Below are positions 1-13,139 of a stretch of 64,000 nucleotides of DNA, piece after piece (position 1 is the stretch's first letter; every line of letters starts with the position of its first letter). Position numbers and translations under genes: made by a program. The stretch comes from Camelus dromedarius (lineage: Eukaryota). Below the pieces are notes generated by a model. It worked only from the letters and a program-made list of their open reading frames with translations. It made no database searches and was not told the origin of the DNA. The stretch lies in the NCBI RefSeq assembly GCF_036321535.1, contig NC_087436.1, positions 8,680,001-8,744,000 of the forward strand. Reading direction: 5' to 3'.

Positions 1-2277
1 ATATTACAAACACATTGAATGGTTGAGACTACATATGATTCAATTTTATTCTTTACATATAACTCAATAAATGTCTGTGACTTAAAATGGAAGATATACA
101 AGAAGGTCTAACTATATGAATTTTGTTCATGAATAAAATTTAAGGAAAGTATACAATCAGATTTGCTTATTTTGAGTTTTAAGAGAATAATTTACAAATA
201 TTTATTGAGCAACTTCTGCATGAAGCATGATGTGCTAATGACATCCTCTCTGCATCTCTCACGTGTTCACACTTACTTATTAACATGACTGAGCGTGGAG
301 TTTGGGTTTTGAAATTAGCCAAAGGGAACACTGGAAATAACCGGCCTTAATCGTCTTATCTGGTACTGATCATAAAATAAGTGTCCCCAGTGAAGTGTCT
401 ACTGCTATGTGGCTACTTGGAATCTAAACATAAATTCTGAATTAGGCTTCATGTAGTAATAGATAAGGTGTATTTAAGATCCTTGAAAAATCGTGTTTTA
501 AAATGTAAAGGGAAATAAATTATCAGTGCATTTATAGTATTTTGGAGAAGTACTAATAAATCATTTCAAGCAGACGTCACATCTCAAGGAAACTGAACTA
601 TTTCTTTCTATTACCCAGTTAAACAGTATAACACCATGTGACTAAATTGAACTAATATAATAAAACTGTAATTTATGTAACAGTTATTAGAGCATAAAGT
701 GTAAATAACTGAATACTCCATATGGAAAGGCTAGTTCCTCTAAGAATATGTACATAAAGCTGATACTTTTTAATGGTTATAGAAATTAGAAATCGAAATG
801 TGATTCTGATGCAATATTAAATTAAAAATAAAAATAGACAACTTACAGAAAATAAAGTATAATTAGTATAATTATGTCTCTGGAAATTTGGAAATCTATA
901 TAGAATCAGTTAAAAACATTTATTAGCTCAAAACCATAAAGTATTTAAGAATAGATATAAAACTGGGTACTAACGGTTGATGGATATATTTCTCAAAAGT
1001 CCATAATAACTTTATTGAACTGGAATAAACCAGTGTGTTTCCCAGTATTAGGAAAGATTTAATAGAATTCTTCTCTAATTAAAAGAATCCTAATCCTTTT
1101 AATTAGGTCTATTAAAAGATCTAACAGAATCGTTTCATAATAGAAAGTATGAAATCCTTTCAAGTATTAGATCTAGAAAGGATCTAATGGAAAAATATGC
1201 ATAATTACAATACCAAACTCTGCCTTTTTTTTCATCCTGCAACTTTCATTCTGCGATCTTTCTTTAGAAGTCGCTGCCCGATTGCCAGAAAGTATGCAGA
1301 CCCCGGGTACTTTGGAAGACTGAGTTTAGACTTAGGAGACAGAGATCACTGACCCAATACAGTGACTGCATTCTGACTGAAAACAAAAGTGAATTTAAGG
1401 TGAACGGTCAGGTCAGAGGTATGGAAACAAAAAGACACTGATTATTTCTTTTCCCTTTCCTTGATGCGATTACCCCATATTCTTTTGAAGGACTCTACCA
1501 ATGCTCTTCCACAGATTATTCACACAGCTGCACTGTGAGAAAAGATTCTAGGAGAGCCTGAGGGTAAGAATGTGAATGTCCCTGAAGTAGCGCGGACTCA
1601 TAGCAGTTTCTGGATTGTGCTGTTTGTATTATGACTTCCTTTGTCATTAAAGCAACTTTCCTATGAAAAATTACAGACTGGGTTTAATAAATATTTTAAA
1701 TGCGACTGAGCCTGCCCGGTGCCTTTTGTCTCTGACATTATTAAAGCCATCAATTTCTCTTTAACTTTGTCCCTAAGCACTCTTTTTATATTCATGACTT
1801 TCACACTGCCTCTCGTCAATATTACAAAACTCTCTGATCACGTGATCGCAGCCTTCGTTAAAGTGCAGAGGAGGCAACAAACATTTGAAGGCAAAATAGA
1901 AATGAACAGAAACACACTTACGGTCATAAACTTTTCAGATTTTTTTTTTATTATTATTATTAGGTCTTCCTAGTTTTCCTACAGTACTGTGACACACCAC
2001 TATTTTTTAAGCTATTTTGAAAGGGACAGCAGTTCATCCCAGTTTAATTAACTAAGTCTATTCTAGTAATCCTTAAACTTAGATACCCTTTTAACCCCCA
2101 AATTCAATTATTAAAAGCCAGCATTTTCAGAAATGCTCTCTGAAACACAGAGGAAAACAAAGCTGAGGCATTCAAGACAATCATAAATAGGATGTTGTTT
2201 TTCTAAATCTATGAAAAAAAGAAAACAATAATTAATGAGAAAAATGAAGTTTAATGCATGGCACATGAGGGATGCAG

Positions 2278-2586
2278 TTTTTTTTTTTTATTTAGACTTT
2301 ATTTACTTTGATTTTATATATATATATTTAAATTTATTTATTTTTTATTGAAGTACAGTCAATTACAATGTGTCCATTTCTGGTGTACAGCACAATGTTC
2401 CAGTCATGCATATACATACATATATTCATTTTTATATTTTTTCCCTTAAATGTTATTACAAGATATTGAACATAGTTCCCTGTGCTATACAAAAGAAATT
2501 TTCTTTTCAAATCTATTTTTATATATAGTGGCTAACATTTCTAAATCTCAGACTCCCAAATTTATCCCTTCCCATCCCCTTTCCCC
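2278..2586 (-). mobile_element. 5'-truncated L1 3' end (young, lineage-specific type)
   Basis: T-rich tail, then ttgaagtacagtcaattacaatg...ctggtgtacagcac...tagttccctgtgcta; reverse complement of the L1 3' ends at 13140, 30336 and 63655. Confidence 0.85.
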
Positions 2587-3599
2587 GGAAACTGTAAAAT
2601 AGTATATATTTAATTCAAATAATTTGTCAAGAGATCTCAAGTTAATTATATGAGGCAGGGACTGTACAGTGAATATATTAGAGTAACCCCATCCAACCTG
2701 AAAAGTTGAATGCATTTCTACTGTTGCTCTATGCTCTAAAGGAAAACATACCCAATTTCTCTGAGTCTCACTTTCTCCATTTGTAGAATTGGAAACCCTT
2801 TCTAGGATTAAACGGACTAAAGGAAACAATGTACGGCCAGTTCATTGCTATACATAAGTCAGCAGGAAAATGTTAGGTGTCTTAACGTACACACTTTGCT
2901 TCTGGAAATCATGTTTCTTGCCTGTTATAAACAGAATGATGGGGGCTTCAGAGGGGAAAGGCACATACTTTCAGTAGTCAATACTAATTGACTGGGGCTT
3001 CTTAGAGACCTAAACCGGTAGTAGCCTAAATCCATGAATGGATTCAATAGGAATGGAAGCTATAATTAATCAGCAATATCTATCAAAACTAAAGAAAAGG
3101 AAATGAAAACAAGACCCATGCTTTGTCAACTTGCTTAAGGTTCAGGATGCAAAATATAACCCTATCTAAATCCAACATATGAATAGATTGATTCAAAGCT
3201 GCGTCTAAAAAAATTGTAAACAGAGCAAGTGTATCTTCTAAGCTTTTCATCAATGACATTTGCACTCCATTAGTCATGAAACTAGTAAATGTATATACAC
3301 CCTGCAAAAGGCGATTTTTTTGTGTATGACTAGAAGTGAAAAAAAAAAAAACACTGCATTAGTTAGAGCTTAAAAAGATAAGGAAAACATATGTCATTAA
3401 ATACAATAAAAATATGTGGCAAAAATATATATAATTTTAGAAGGTTTGTTTATAACTTTTCTTATACTTATTACTCCAGCTAGCCTTATCTTTTTTCAAC
3501 ATTTGGGTAAGAAATTAAAGAATTTTAAGAATATTGTAAAACTACAAAGTATAAAACATCTTGCATCAAACAGAATTACTCAAGAGGCAGATTTTAGAT

Positions 3600-3682
3600 C
3601 CTAACCTGAAACTAGCTAGCTATGTGACTTTGAGAGACTTACTCCAACCCTTCAGTGCCTGTTTCTTCATCTGAAAAGTGAA
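3600..3682 (+). mobile_element. MIR SINE core fragment
   Basis: gctatgtgactttgagagacttact...cttcagtgcctgtttcttcatctgaaaa matches the MIR core. Confidence 0.65.
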
Positions 3683-3685
3683 CGT

Positions 3686-3812
3686 TAATGGAAAAGAATC
3701 TGAAAAGAAAATTTATATGTGTATGTATCTATATGTATAACTGAATTGCTTTCCTGTACATCTGAAACTTACTTTGTAAAATCAATGACACTTCACTTCA
3801 ATAAAAAATAAA
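3686..3812 (+). mobile_element. Short L1 3' terminal fragment
   Basis: taatggaaaagaatctgaaaag...tgtataactgaattgctttcctgtacatctgaaac...cttcaataaaaaataaa, the same terminus as other L1 3' ends in the window. Confidence 0.75.
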
Positions 3813-4372
3813 CATAATGAATTGTGATTATTTAAAATAAATAGACTACATAAGACATTTATGGCACAATCAAGAGTAAAGGCTATAAACAGGCCATTCA
3901 TAGAAGGAATCAAAGGGTCTAATGAGTATGTAAAACCATCCTTACCCATGTAGTAATCAATAACATTGAATTTACTTAAAATGATAATCATTTGCCAAAT
4001 TAAAATGATTCATAACATCCATTTAAATTTGTGGAAAATGGACCCTCTCATTGGTTAGTTTTGAGAACAGATTCCCACAAAATGTTAGCACAGTAATCTA
4101 GCATTATCTGTTCAAAAAAAATAAAAAACGGAATCTTTTAATTTAATATAACCCATCAGACATCCCTTTTACTACTGGATTTCTTGTCTTGCTACAGAAA
4201 TGCTTACACACACACACCACCATCCACAGTTATAGAAATATTTTCCTCAATAATTAACTCCTAGTATTTTTTTTTCTTTTTAACACAATTATATTTAAGA
4301 TTAAATAACAATCTAGTAATTTACAATCCAATTTTTAGGGGTTTTTTAAATTAACAAAAAAATTTTAAAGAA

Positions 4373-4500
4373 TTTTTTTTTGTTGGGGAGGTCATTAGGT
4401 TTATTCATATATTTATTTTCTAATGGAGGAAACAGAGATTGAACTCAGGACCTCATTCATGCTAAGCAGGCACTCTACCACTGAGCTCAAACCTTCCCCT
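4373..4500 (-). mobile_element. tRNA-derived SINE, Vic-1-like (camelid)
   Basis: Minus strand GGGGAAGGTTTGAGCTCAGTGGTAGAGTGCCTGCTTAGCATGAATGAGGTCCTGAGTTCAATCTC (A and B boxes), then ...AAACCTAATGACCTCCCC and an A tail. Confidence 0.85.
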
Positions 4501-5299
4501 CAGATAGATGAAAAAAAAATTTTTTAACATGGAAAGCAAAATAATTTTCTTTCAGTATTATTATTTTTTATATTAAGAATAAAACAATATATCCTCCAGA
4601 ATTTTATATTTTTTATAATACACTATATAATCATGTTTTAATCACTAAATACATTTTCATCATGCATTTTATATATTGATTTCTATTTAATAAATCACAG
4701 TTATGCACATATGTATGTTCATATGTAAAATGATTTTACACCTTAACCGACTGCATCTCTTTCTGGAATTCTATCCATCTGAGGAATCTATACCATATAC
4801 TTTGGTTAATGTAGCTTTAAAATAAGTTTTAATATTCTTTATAACACATTCACTCCAACTAGTGTTCATTTTATTAGTTTTTTTTTTTAGTAATTTTTCT
4901 ACATTTATTCTTTAATTGGAAGAAAGAGTGGCGACAAAAAGATAAGAAAGGAGGACATGCAGGGAAGAAGGGAAGAAGAAAGAAAGAAAGAGGAAAATGG
5001 AAGAGACAAACCCTTTGGAATTCAGGCTGAAATGGTTTTAAACTTATCATTAAAGAAGGTGTCATGATTTTATCACATGATATCTCCCAATTGAGGAAGA
5101 TGGTATTTTGCTTTCTTTATTATTTTTCTTTACATTATTTTATTACTATTATTATTTATTTTATTATTATTGTCTTTACTTTCTTTACATTATTTTTAAT
5201 CCCTTCAATAACATTTTATGCTTGTCTTAAATTAGAATGTGAATTCTTCCTGCTAACTATTTTTTTCTTGAACATTTTCTTTTCATGCTCCTAAGGGAA

Positions 5300-6300
5300 A
5301 ATGTGGGGTTTCTAACTATTCATACATGGTTAAGTGGCTGATTTCTAGTTTTCTTTTAGTTAAAATACCTTTAGATTTTGATCTCTTGGGTTTCAGAGAT
5401 AAGCCATCATATCACCCACAAATATATATTAAAAGTTGTCTATTTTGTAATATGCATGTATTTCAACTCCAGAACAATTCAAATAGCAGTACAGAGGGAT
5501 GATAAATTACAGCCTTGTCTCGTTTCAATGTTAAAGAAAAACATTTAACATGGCCAAAGGATGTCCTTTATGGTATCAGTACTTCAAAAATAAGCATTGT
5601 AAAAGTATAGACTGATTGCCTTGATACCTAATTTAGAACTTTTCAGAACGGTGTTTTAATGTGATCAGATACTTTCAGCATCTATTCTTACAAGATTTTT
5701 TTTTAAACTGCTCTTATTGTGATCAAATACAACACTTTAAAAAGAAAAATAGAAGGACAGCATTAATGCTATAGCCGTCCAGCCATCAATCTGTCTATAA
5801 TCTAAACATAGATATCTCAAACACACTCACTGAGTTATAAAAAATTTTTGCTTAGATTTTATTTAGTTTATCTGTCAAATTACTTTATAAGTATACATTA
5901 AAATCCTCTTGTTATAGTTTTATCAGGATATATTTTGCTTGATGCAATTTTATTCTCTATATTGGGTTCTTAAAATATTTTGAGTCTTGCTTGATCTTCA
6001 TGTGTTCTTTACTATCAGGAAACACTTTTTTCTTTATGCCAGCCAGTGGGTTTAGTATAAATAAACCTTTAGCTAATATAAACATATTACCTGTGATTCC
6101 ATTTCATTTATTTTCTATACATATATCGACTTCATTAACAATATATTTTCAGGTGTTTTTTGCAAATATTATACAGCTAATTTTTTGTACTTAAGTTTTC
6201 TGATGTGAACCAAAAATTCAACCTACATAAATCATGACAAACATGTTTGTTTTAAAATTTTCATATTATTTTATTCTTATAATGTATTAAGCATTGTTGC
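5300..6300 (-). mobile_element. Highly decayed ancient L1 (L1ME-like) fragments
   Basis: T-rich sequence with residual antisense ORF2 motifs (catcatatcacccacaaat, cagccttgtctcgtttcaatgttaaag); boundaries uncertain. Confidence 0.4.
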
Positions 6301-6829
6301 TGTTTCCTGTTTTTTTTCCTGACTTTTCTTATCAGTTCCTTCGTATTCCTTCCTCTTCAACTGCACTATTGTGATATTCTTATCTTTAACTTTCATAGGA
6401 AAACCTTCTTTCTCAATTGTATCCAGGAATTAAATAACGGCTACTCCTAACTCAAGATATGAGAACATCTTCGTCCTAAATAGAGCTTGAGAATGTCTTT
6501 GCTTCCTCGTTTCTTTTTTGCTCTCTACATCCACTCAAACCTAGAAATAGTGTATGAGGACCAGCAAAATCTCTGACTCAATCCCATGGCAGGGCTGAGA
6601 ATCCTTTTATTTTCCTGGCCTACTTAGGGATTAGAATTTAGAGATCTACCACTTGTCCCAGGCAGCGGTAAACATGTGACCATAAGTAGAAGTGGTCTGA
6701 TTTGTAATTGCACTGACTTATGTCCCCCCTCCCATCACCTGCTCCTCATGTGGACACACTCATGGATGGAAGCTTCTATTTCTCCTCCATTCGTGGAAGA
6801 GAAATTATGTATTATCCTCTGCCATAAAA

Positions 6830-8674
6830 TTATTGTTGACTTACATATCACACCTCATACAAAAACTAACTAAAAATGGGTTATAAACTTAAATGCAGAA
6901 TGTAAAACTATAAAACTTATCAGAAAATACATAGGGAAAAAAAGGTCAGTATCTAGGACTCAGCAGAGAATTCTTAGTCTGGACTCCCAAAAGCTCTACC
7001 CATAAAAGAACAAACAGATCAACTGGACTTTACCAAAATTAAAAATTTTGACTCTGGAACAAAGATGCTGTGAAGTATATCAAATGACAAGCTGCAGAGT
7101 GGGAGAAAATATTTACGAACCAGACATATGACAGAAGACTAGTATTGAGAAGAACTATCAAAAATCAACAGTTGGAACAAACAAACCACCAAACAAAAGA
7201 GTAGACCTGTTAGGCAGTTAGAGAGGTAGGGGCTTCGGACAAGGGGAGTGGAAAGGGGAGGGAACCATCCAGAAGATAATGGTACACCTGCCCTCAGAAT
7301 AAGGGGCTTCAAAGAGTTTACTTTCTCTGAATGAGTGCTGGCAAGAAACCAGTAGAACCAGACAGCTGCACCTGCACAGTAGAGGGAAGGACACCACATG
7401 ACATGACCCAGTGCTCAGTATAATGTAATTCACATTATGGTTTGGGCCCCTCCCCACCATAGGCTTTCTGTGTGCATTATGAGAAAGGACACAAGCAACA
7501 AGGGAAAGGCTACATAACCTACACAGGCCACTCAAATGGTGTCAACTATCAAATTACCTTAAGACAGCCCCTAGGCAACCTCACAAAAGAAACAGGGACT
7601 CTGGGAGCTGCTGCTTTTTCTCTCTTGGGCCAGCCTGCCTGCAGCCCTCAGAGGTGTACTTTTGCTTTGCTAATAAACTCTTTATTTACACAACAATTTT
7701 GTCTCAGATCTGAATTCTTCTCTTTCAGGTAGGACAGGAACTGGGGCTTTTCCCCTCCTAGGGGTAACAGTCCAGTCAGAAACTGAGCAAAAGACATGAG
7801 AGGACATTTTGCTGAAGATGATGTCAGATGACAAATAATCAGATGAAAAAATGTTTGGCTTCATTAGCCTTCAGGTAATTGCAAATTAATACGACAACAG
7901 GATATCATTGCACACCTATCAACATGAGTAAAATAAAACCAGTAATAATGCCAAATACTGGTAAGGATACAGAGAAATTAAATTACTCATACATTGCTAG
8001 TGAGAATGCACAATGGTGTGGGAACTCTGTCAGTTTCTAATAAAAAAAATCTAAACATCCAACTACAATGTGACTTAACAATAAATGTCTGAGTGCTTGT
8101 CCCAGTGAAATGAAATTTATGTTCACATAAAAACCTATGCAGGAATATTTTTTTACAGCTTTATTTGTAACAGACAAGAGCTGGAATCAGCCTAGATATC
8201 CTTCAACAGAGTGAATGGTTAATGCGTACCATGGACTACTATTCAGCAGTGAAAAAGAACAAACTATTGATACACACAACAACAGAGATAAATCTACAAA
8301 TAATTGTGCCACGTGGGGAAAAAACCCAGTCCAAAAAGTATATATACAGTATTATTCCATTTATGTAACATGCTTGAAATAAATTATAGAAAAGGGAAAT
8401 AGGTCAGTAGTTATCAGAGCTTAATGAGGGGGTAGGGGAAGGAGAGAAGGGGGCATAGCTTTAAAAGGGTAACATTAGGGATCCTCCTGATGATGCAACT
8501 GTTCTGTATGTTTACTGTATCAGTGTCAACATCCTGGTTCTTATTGGTACCACAGTGTTGCAATATGTTACCAATGGGAGAAAATGGGGAAAGGGTTCAA
8601 AGGCTCTTTCTGCATGGCCTCTTAAAATTGCATAAGAAACTATAGATAGCTCAAAAATAAAATGTTTGACTAAA
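6830..8674 (+). mobile_element. Old L1 (L1MB/MC-like) ORF2 end plus 3'UTR, interrupted by an LTR at 7208-7769
   Basis: cacctcatacaaaaactaactaaaaatgg, aactggactttaccaaaattaaaaa, gagtgggagaaaatatttacgaacc, ggactactattcagcagtgaaaaagaac; the L1 resumes colinearly after the LTR. Confidence 0.85.
7208..7769 (+). mobile_element. Solo LTR, ERV1-like (family A in this window)
   Basis: TGTTAGG...GTAACA termini, AATAAA 7672-7677, 4-bp TSD gacc/gtcc (one mismatch); homologous to 39798-40346. Confidence 0.85.
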
Positions 8675-8999
8675 ATACTGATCCACTTTCAATCAAATGC
8701 GATTTATTTCAGTCATGGAGAAAGTCTTCCCTGAGTCCCTCAAAGGAAATTTGTTATCCCATTGGAAACATCAAAATGCCATGTTGCCTTTTTCAGGCAA
8801 CCCTGTGTTCCTGGTCCCTCCACGCCCTCTCCATCCTTAAGAGTTCTGCTTCCCTGAGACTGCACCTGATGTCTCTCACTGCTAATGAGGGTCCTGACGA
8901 GGCAGGAGTTGTTGGTTGTCCAGACTGTTAGCAGTGGATGCTGCTCCCAACAATTAATAATGGATTATCTCTCAAGCTAATGGGATGTTCTACTCAAAA

Positions 9000-9455
9000 A
9001 CCATATGCTTTCTATAAGTTTATTTGCAAATAATGTCATCACCATATATCTAGACAAATTAGAGAACTGGGAGTCATCTGTGACTTGTCCCTCTAACTCA
9101 TTAGCAAACCTTTGAACCAATTCACAATAAATTTATTTACTACACATGTTTCTTCCTAATTTTTTCTCAATTTTATCCCCTCTTTCTACCTTAAGTTTCG
9201 GGTATTTCTACATTTAGAACTTCACTCCTTCTAGCCTTTGTGAATGCAAAATCTGTCCACTGGCCCTCTCCCCCACCATCCTGCACAAACTCATTCTCCA
9301 CATCACAGCCAAATTATTTTTAAACTGAAAGATGGATGTTGCATCTAACCTATTCATAATCTTTTATTACATTGCCCTCTTTTTTTTTTTTTTTTTTCAG
9401 AATAAAATCCAAACTGCTTAACATGAAATGTCCTTCATTTTCTGGTCTGTCACTA
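9000..9455 (+). mobile_element. L2 LINE fragments
   Basis: ctagacaaattagagaactgggagtcatctgtgac, cattctccacatcacagcc, cagaataaaatccaaactgcttaacatg are typical L2 3' motifs. Confidence 0.55.
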
Positions 9456-9693
9456 GACCCTCAAATTTTACATCTCGCCAATTCCTTCTTGAAAACCTGT
9501 ATTAAGAGTGATGATCATACCATTCTGGTCATACCCTCCAAATACACTCAACTGTGCACTTGAAAAAGGTTAATTTTATGGGATGAGAATAACTTAAAAT
9601 AATACAAAGGAAAAATGGAAAAAAAGAGAGAACAGTGAGTTCAGTATGTTATCATTTGTGTGAAGAAAGAGTAAGATAATAATAGTAATTAAT

Positions 9694-10120
9694 AATGAGA
9701 GTGGCTTTGTCCTGTCTCAACTTGGCTGCACTGAATTTCATTCCTGAGAACCCCCTGTCTTGTGTGTTTCCAACTAGAGTGTGTCATAAGAGTTGTTTTA
9801 ATTTTGATTCTGTCCAAGGTTTGGTGGGTGGAAGTAAAGCAAAGGCCAGTCTGAGTGTTGGGGGAGGCGCTGCATGACCCTGAGCTCGCTGGGTACCAGG
9901 CCATGTCGTGGGTCCCCGCTGATGCTCCCGGTGAGTCATCCGCCTTGTTCTTCCCCACTCCACATCCATGTCCCACCTCCAACGCTCTCCATTCTGCCCC
10001 ACGGATCTTTACATCTGTCCTATGCCAGTATCCCTCCGTTTTGATTGTTGTAGCATCGGGGTCCCATTTATATTTTGCTCATCATAAATTTCTCTGTTTA
10101 TTATAATCTGACCAACGACA
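9694..10120 (+). mobile_element. Probable ancient ERVL-type LTR
   Basis: Starts tgagagtggctttg...tctcaacttggctg and ends cataaatttctctgttta...aacgaca; GC-richer block with TG...CA-like ends. Confidence 0.35.
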
Positions 10121-10334
10121 GGAAAGTGTTTTGAGGGAAGGGCAGCTTGCATTCAACAAACGGGGTCTGGACTAGCAGCAAGAATGACAGAAAGCTCCTC
10201 TAGGAAAAATGTCACTGCCACTGGTTCATTACTAGGTCCTCAGCATCCAGCAGAGTATGTAATAGATCTGAACCTGCAGTTGTAAAACAGGTCAATTCCA
10301 CGTGTGTGAGTTAATGGATGGATAAGAGCTCGTT

Positions 10335-10532
10335 CTCTGCGTCAGGTTCCAACAGTCACCATCATAGCATGTGGGGGCGGGGCGGGGTCTGACGTCACCT
10401 CAGCCTCAGTTTTAGTCCCTCCCTCTTAAGGCTGTGCTTGTTTTTATTGTTTCTGCTCCTGTCAATCACACTGCTTCCTCTGCTGCTCCTGTTCATTCTC
10501 TGTCTGGCAGGTGTCACCTGCCACAGGTAATC
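10335..10532 (+). promoter_or_regulatory. Candidate promoter or enhancer motif cluster
   Basis: Tandem GC boxes ggggcggggcgggg ending ~10387, full CRE TGACGTCA 10390-10397, PBX/MEIS-type ctgtcaatca 10459-10468, inverted E-boxes 10505-10523. Motif evidence only. Confidence 0.35.
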
Positions 10533-11704
10533 TGATCATACCACTGATCATATCATTGGATTTCACCAGTGCTTTCTGCTCTTGTCTTCTCTGTCATCTT
10601 GTCACTTACATAGTATATGTGCATACATAGATAATCTAACTCTTCTAAACTATGCGATTTCACCCTGATAATTTAGCCAGAGAGCACAGATTGCTCTAGC
10701 CAGGTGTAGCAAATTTGGAACAATTACAGGTATAATGTAGCATTATTGAGAATAGCTCACCTCATTTAAGAGTTTTCCAAATAATAGTCTATTATTAGAT
10801 ATAAAACCCGAATTATAAAGGAAAAGAAAGATTAAAATGGCCTAGGTGGTCCTAAAAGGTAAATACACAGATTTTTACATGTTAAAATATTTTATTCATA
10901 TTAAAATAGAATAAATTAAGACAGTGATTCCTCTTTCACTGGATAGGTTTCTATTGCTCAAAAATTTTAGCAGCAAATAAATACTTAAATTTGATTATCT
11001 TCATCGATTAAATTTATTATTATTCATATGAATAAGTCAGCCCAATTAAAGTTAAACCAATAAGCAATATTTATGATCAGAAGTACCACATTATTAATCA
11101 TACATACATACACACATCTGCACATGCATACATATAGAAACACACATACACACATATTATTTTCTAACACAGTTCCAGTATTCGAGGTGACACAATAATA
11201 ATGTAAAATAATCATAACAATAAGGAATCAATATTTTTGGAAATATATTCCTTTTAATGTAAAAGTCTTCATTTTCCTGACATAAGAAATTGTAGTTTTC
11301 AGTTTTATCAATAGATGGCACTACTATTTACTATTTTTTTTTTTGCTACATTCAAAACATTTGCTAAAATACATTAGTTTATTAAACAATATATTTTCTT
11401 CTTTTTAAAACCTGATTTTCAACAAAATTTTATTATTTCCTTAACATCATGATGTGTTCTTTTAAAATATTCACTTTCAAAAGCGATGCTTATAATTTTA
11501 ATACACGATAGTTACTGTCAAATGCGTTGTTATCATCCAGAAAATATCTCAGATATTTTCTAAGAGATCTTTTTTTAAGACATGCTGACTGAGAGTAGTG
11601 TTTGTGCGGGAGATGTCTGTTGTAGTTGTTGGCAGTGGGGCTATCACTGGATATTTTGCATGCTTATTATTTCTTTTTACTTTAAAATAACCAGTGGTCT
11701 CTAT

Positions 11705-11740
11705 AACTCAATAAGATAAAATTTTAAAAAATAAAATAAA
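11705..11740 (+). mobile_element. Extremely 5'-truncated retroposed insertion (L1 terminus plus A-rich tail)
   Basis: Perfect 22-bp direct repeats taaaataaccagtggtctctat at 11683-11704 and 11741-11762 flank aactcaataagataaaattttaaaaaataaaataaa. Confidence 0.7.
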
Positions 11741-13139
11741 TAAAATAACCAGTGGTCTCTATTCAAAAAGTGAGTTGGAGGAAACTCTTCAAATGTAACA
11801 GCATAAATTACCTATTAGTAGTTACAGAGAACTACTGACAGTCACAAGAGCTGTATTTTCTATTGCTAATCCATCGTGCAGCTATATGACAGACAAAATG
11901 ATCTGTATTTTGTCATGAAGCAGACTTCCATGTCACTATTATCGTGATGCCAGCGTACAGCCAGCTTTCTACTTACCTTCTGGCAAAGCTTATTTAAACT
12001 AATTTGTGTTAACTGGAAATGTGGAGCTGGAAGCAAAGAAGAATGTCTCAGGCTGCTTTACTCACAATAAAATAATCAGTCTTCCAATCCACACTGATTT
12101 CTCATTTTCTTTTCGCATATCTCATCTGTCCTTCTTATCACATTCACCATAATTAGCAACAACAACAGTGGTTTTTTTTAGCACTTGATCAACACGGAGT
12201 CTTCACTGGCATTAAACTTTTGATGGATGTTTACCTAATAATCTTAGCTAAATTGAAACCTCCTTGAATTTAGTATCATCTCAATAAATACATTCAAATA
12301 AACACATATATAGATTTTTGAGGGAAAATGCTACTTAAGCCTGTGCCCAGATTTTTCTCTCTGACTCCCACTGACAATTACTTATTGCAAGAGTAGTAAC
12401 CCTGCTATGAACAAAAAAATGTAAGCAAACCAGACATCTACATGACCTGTTTTGAAACAGTTCTTTTGTACTTTACGTAAGACCTTTTGGATTAAGTTTC
12501 AAAAAGGCTGTCTGGGTAAGAACTATGTCCTTGCTTGCGCCACCAAAACATTTCATTAATAACTAACCTGCTGTGAGATTTGTTCAATGGCTAATTTCAC
12601 CCTTTGAGGGTAGCAATCTACAAGCACAAATCCCATGGTTGCAACACAGAGTGTCCAACTTTCACCAGTCCACAAACTGTTTAGTTGATTATTTAGTATA
12701 TTAAAAAAAAAATTCCAGTTCAATAAGCAAAGTAGGTCAATAAAGATTTCTTTATTTACTATCTGAAAAATACAAAATTAAGCCTATAGAAAAAGCAAAG
12801 AATTGATGAATTGTGGTCCTTGTTATTTGGACCTCTAATTACAATGCTCCATATACATTAAAAATCTAAAGGAAAGGTGGTATGAAAATCAAATGAACTA
12901 CTTCTAATGAAAACAAAAAGATCTAGGAACTCAGGAAGCCTGAGGTGGAACTGATGACTGTGAGCTGCAGAAGCTGCAGGGCTTCATGTTAAATGTGGAA
13001 CATGATTTCAGCCTTAGAAAAGGATCTGACTTAGACCAGCCAGAGAAGACAAGAGACCCACGCATGCCAGCACGCTGTGTCTTGATGACTTTAAGATTAA
13101 TGCACTACAGAGGAAACTGCATACCAAAAGGAATAAGGA

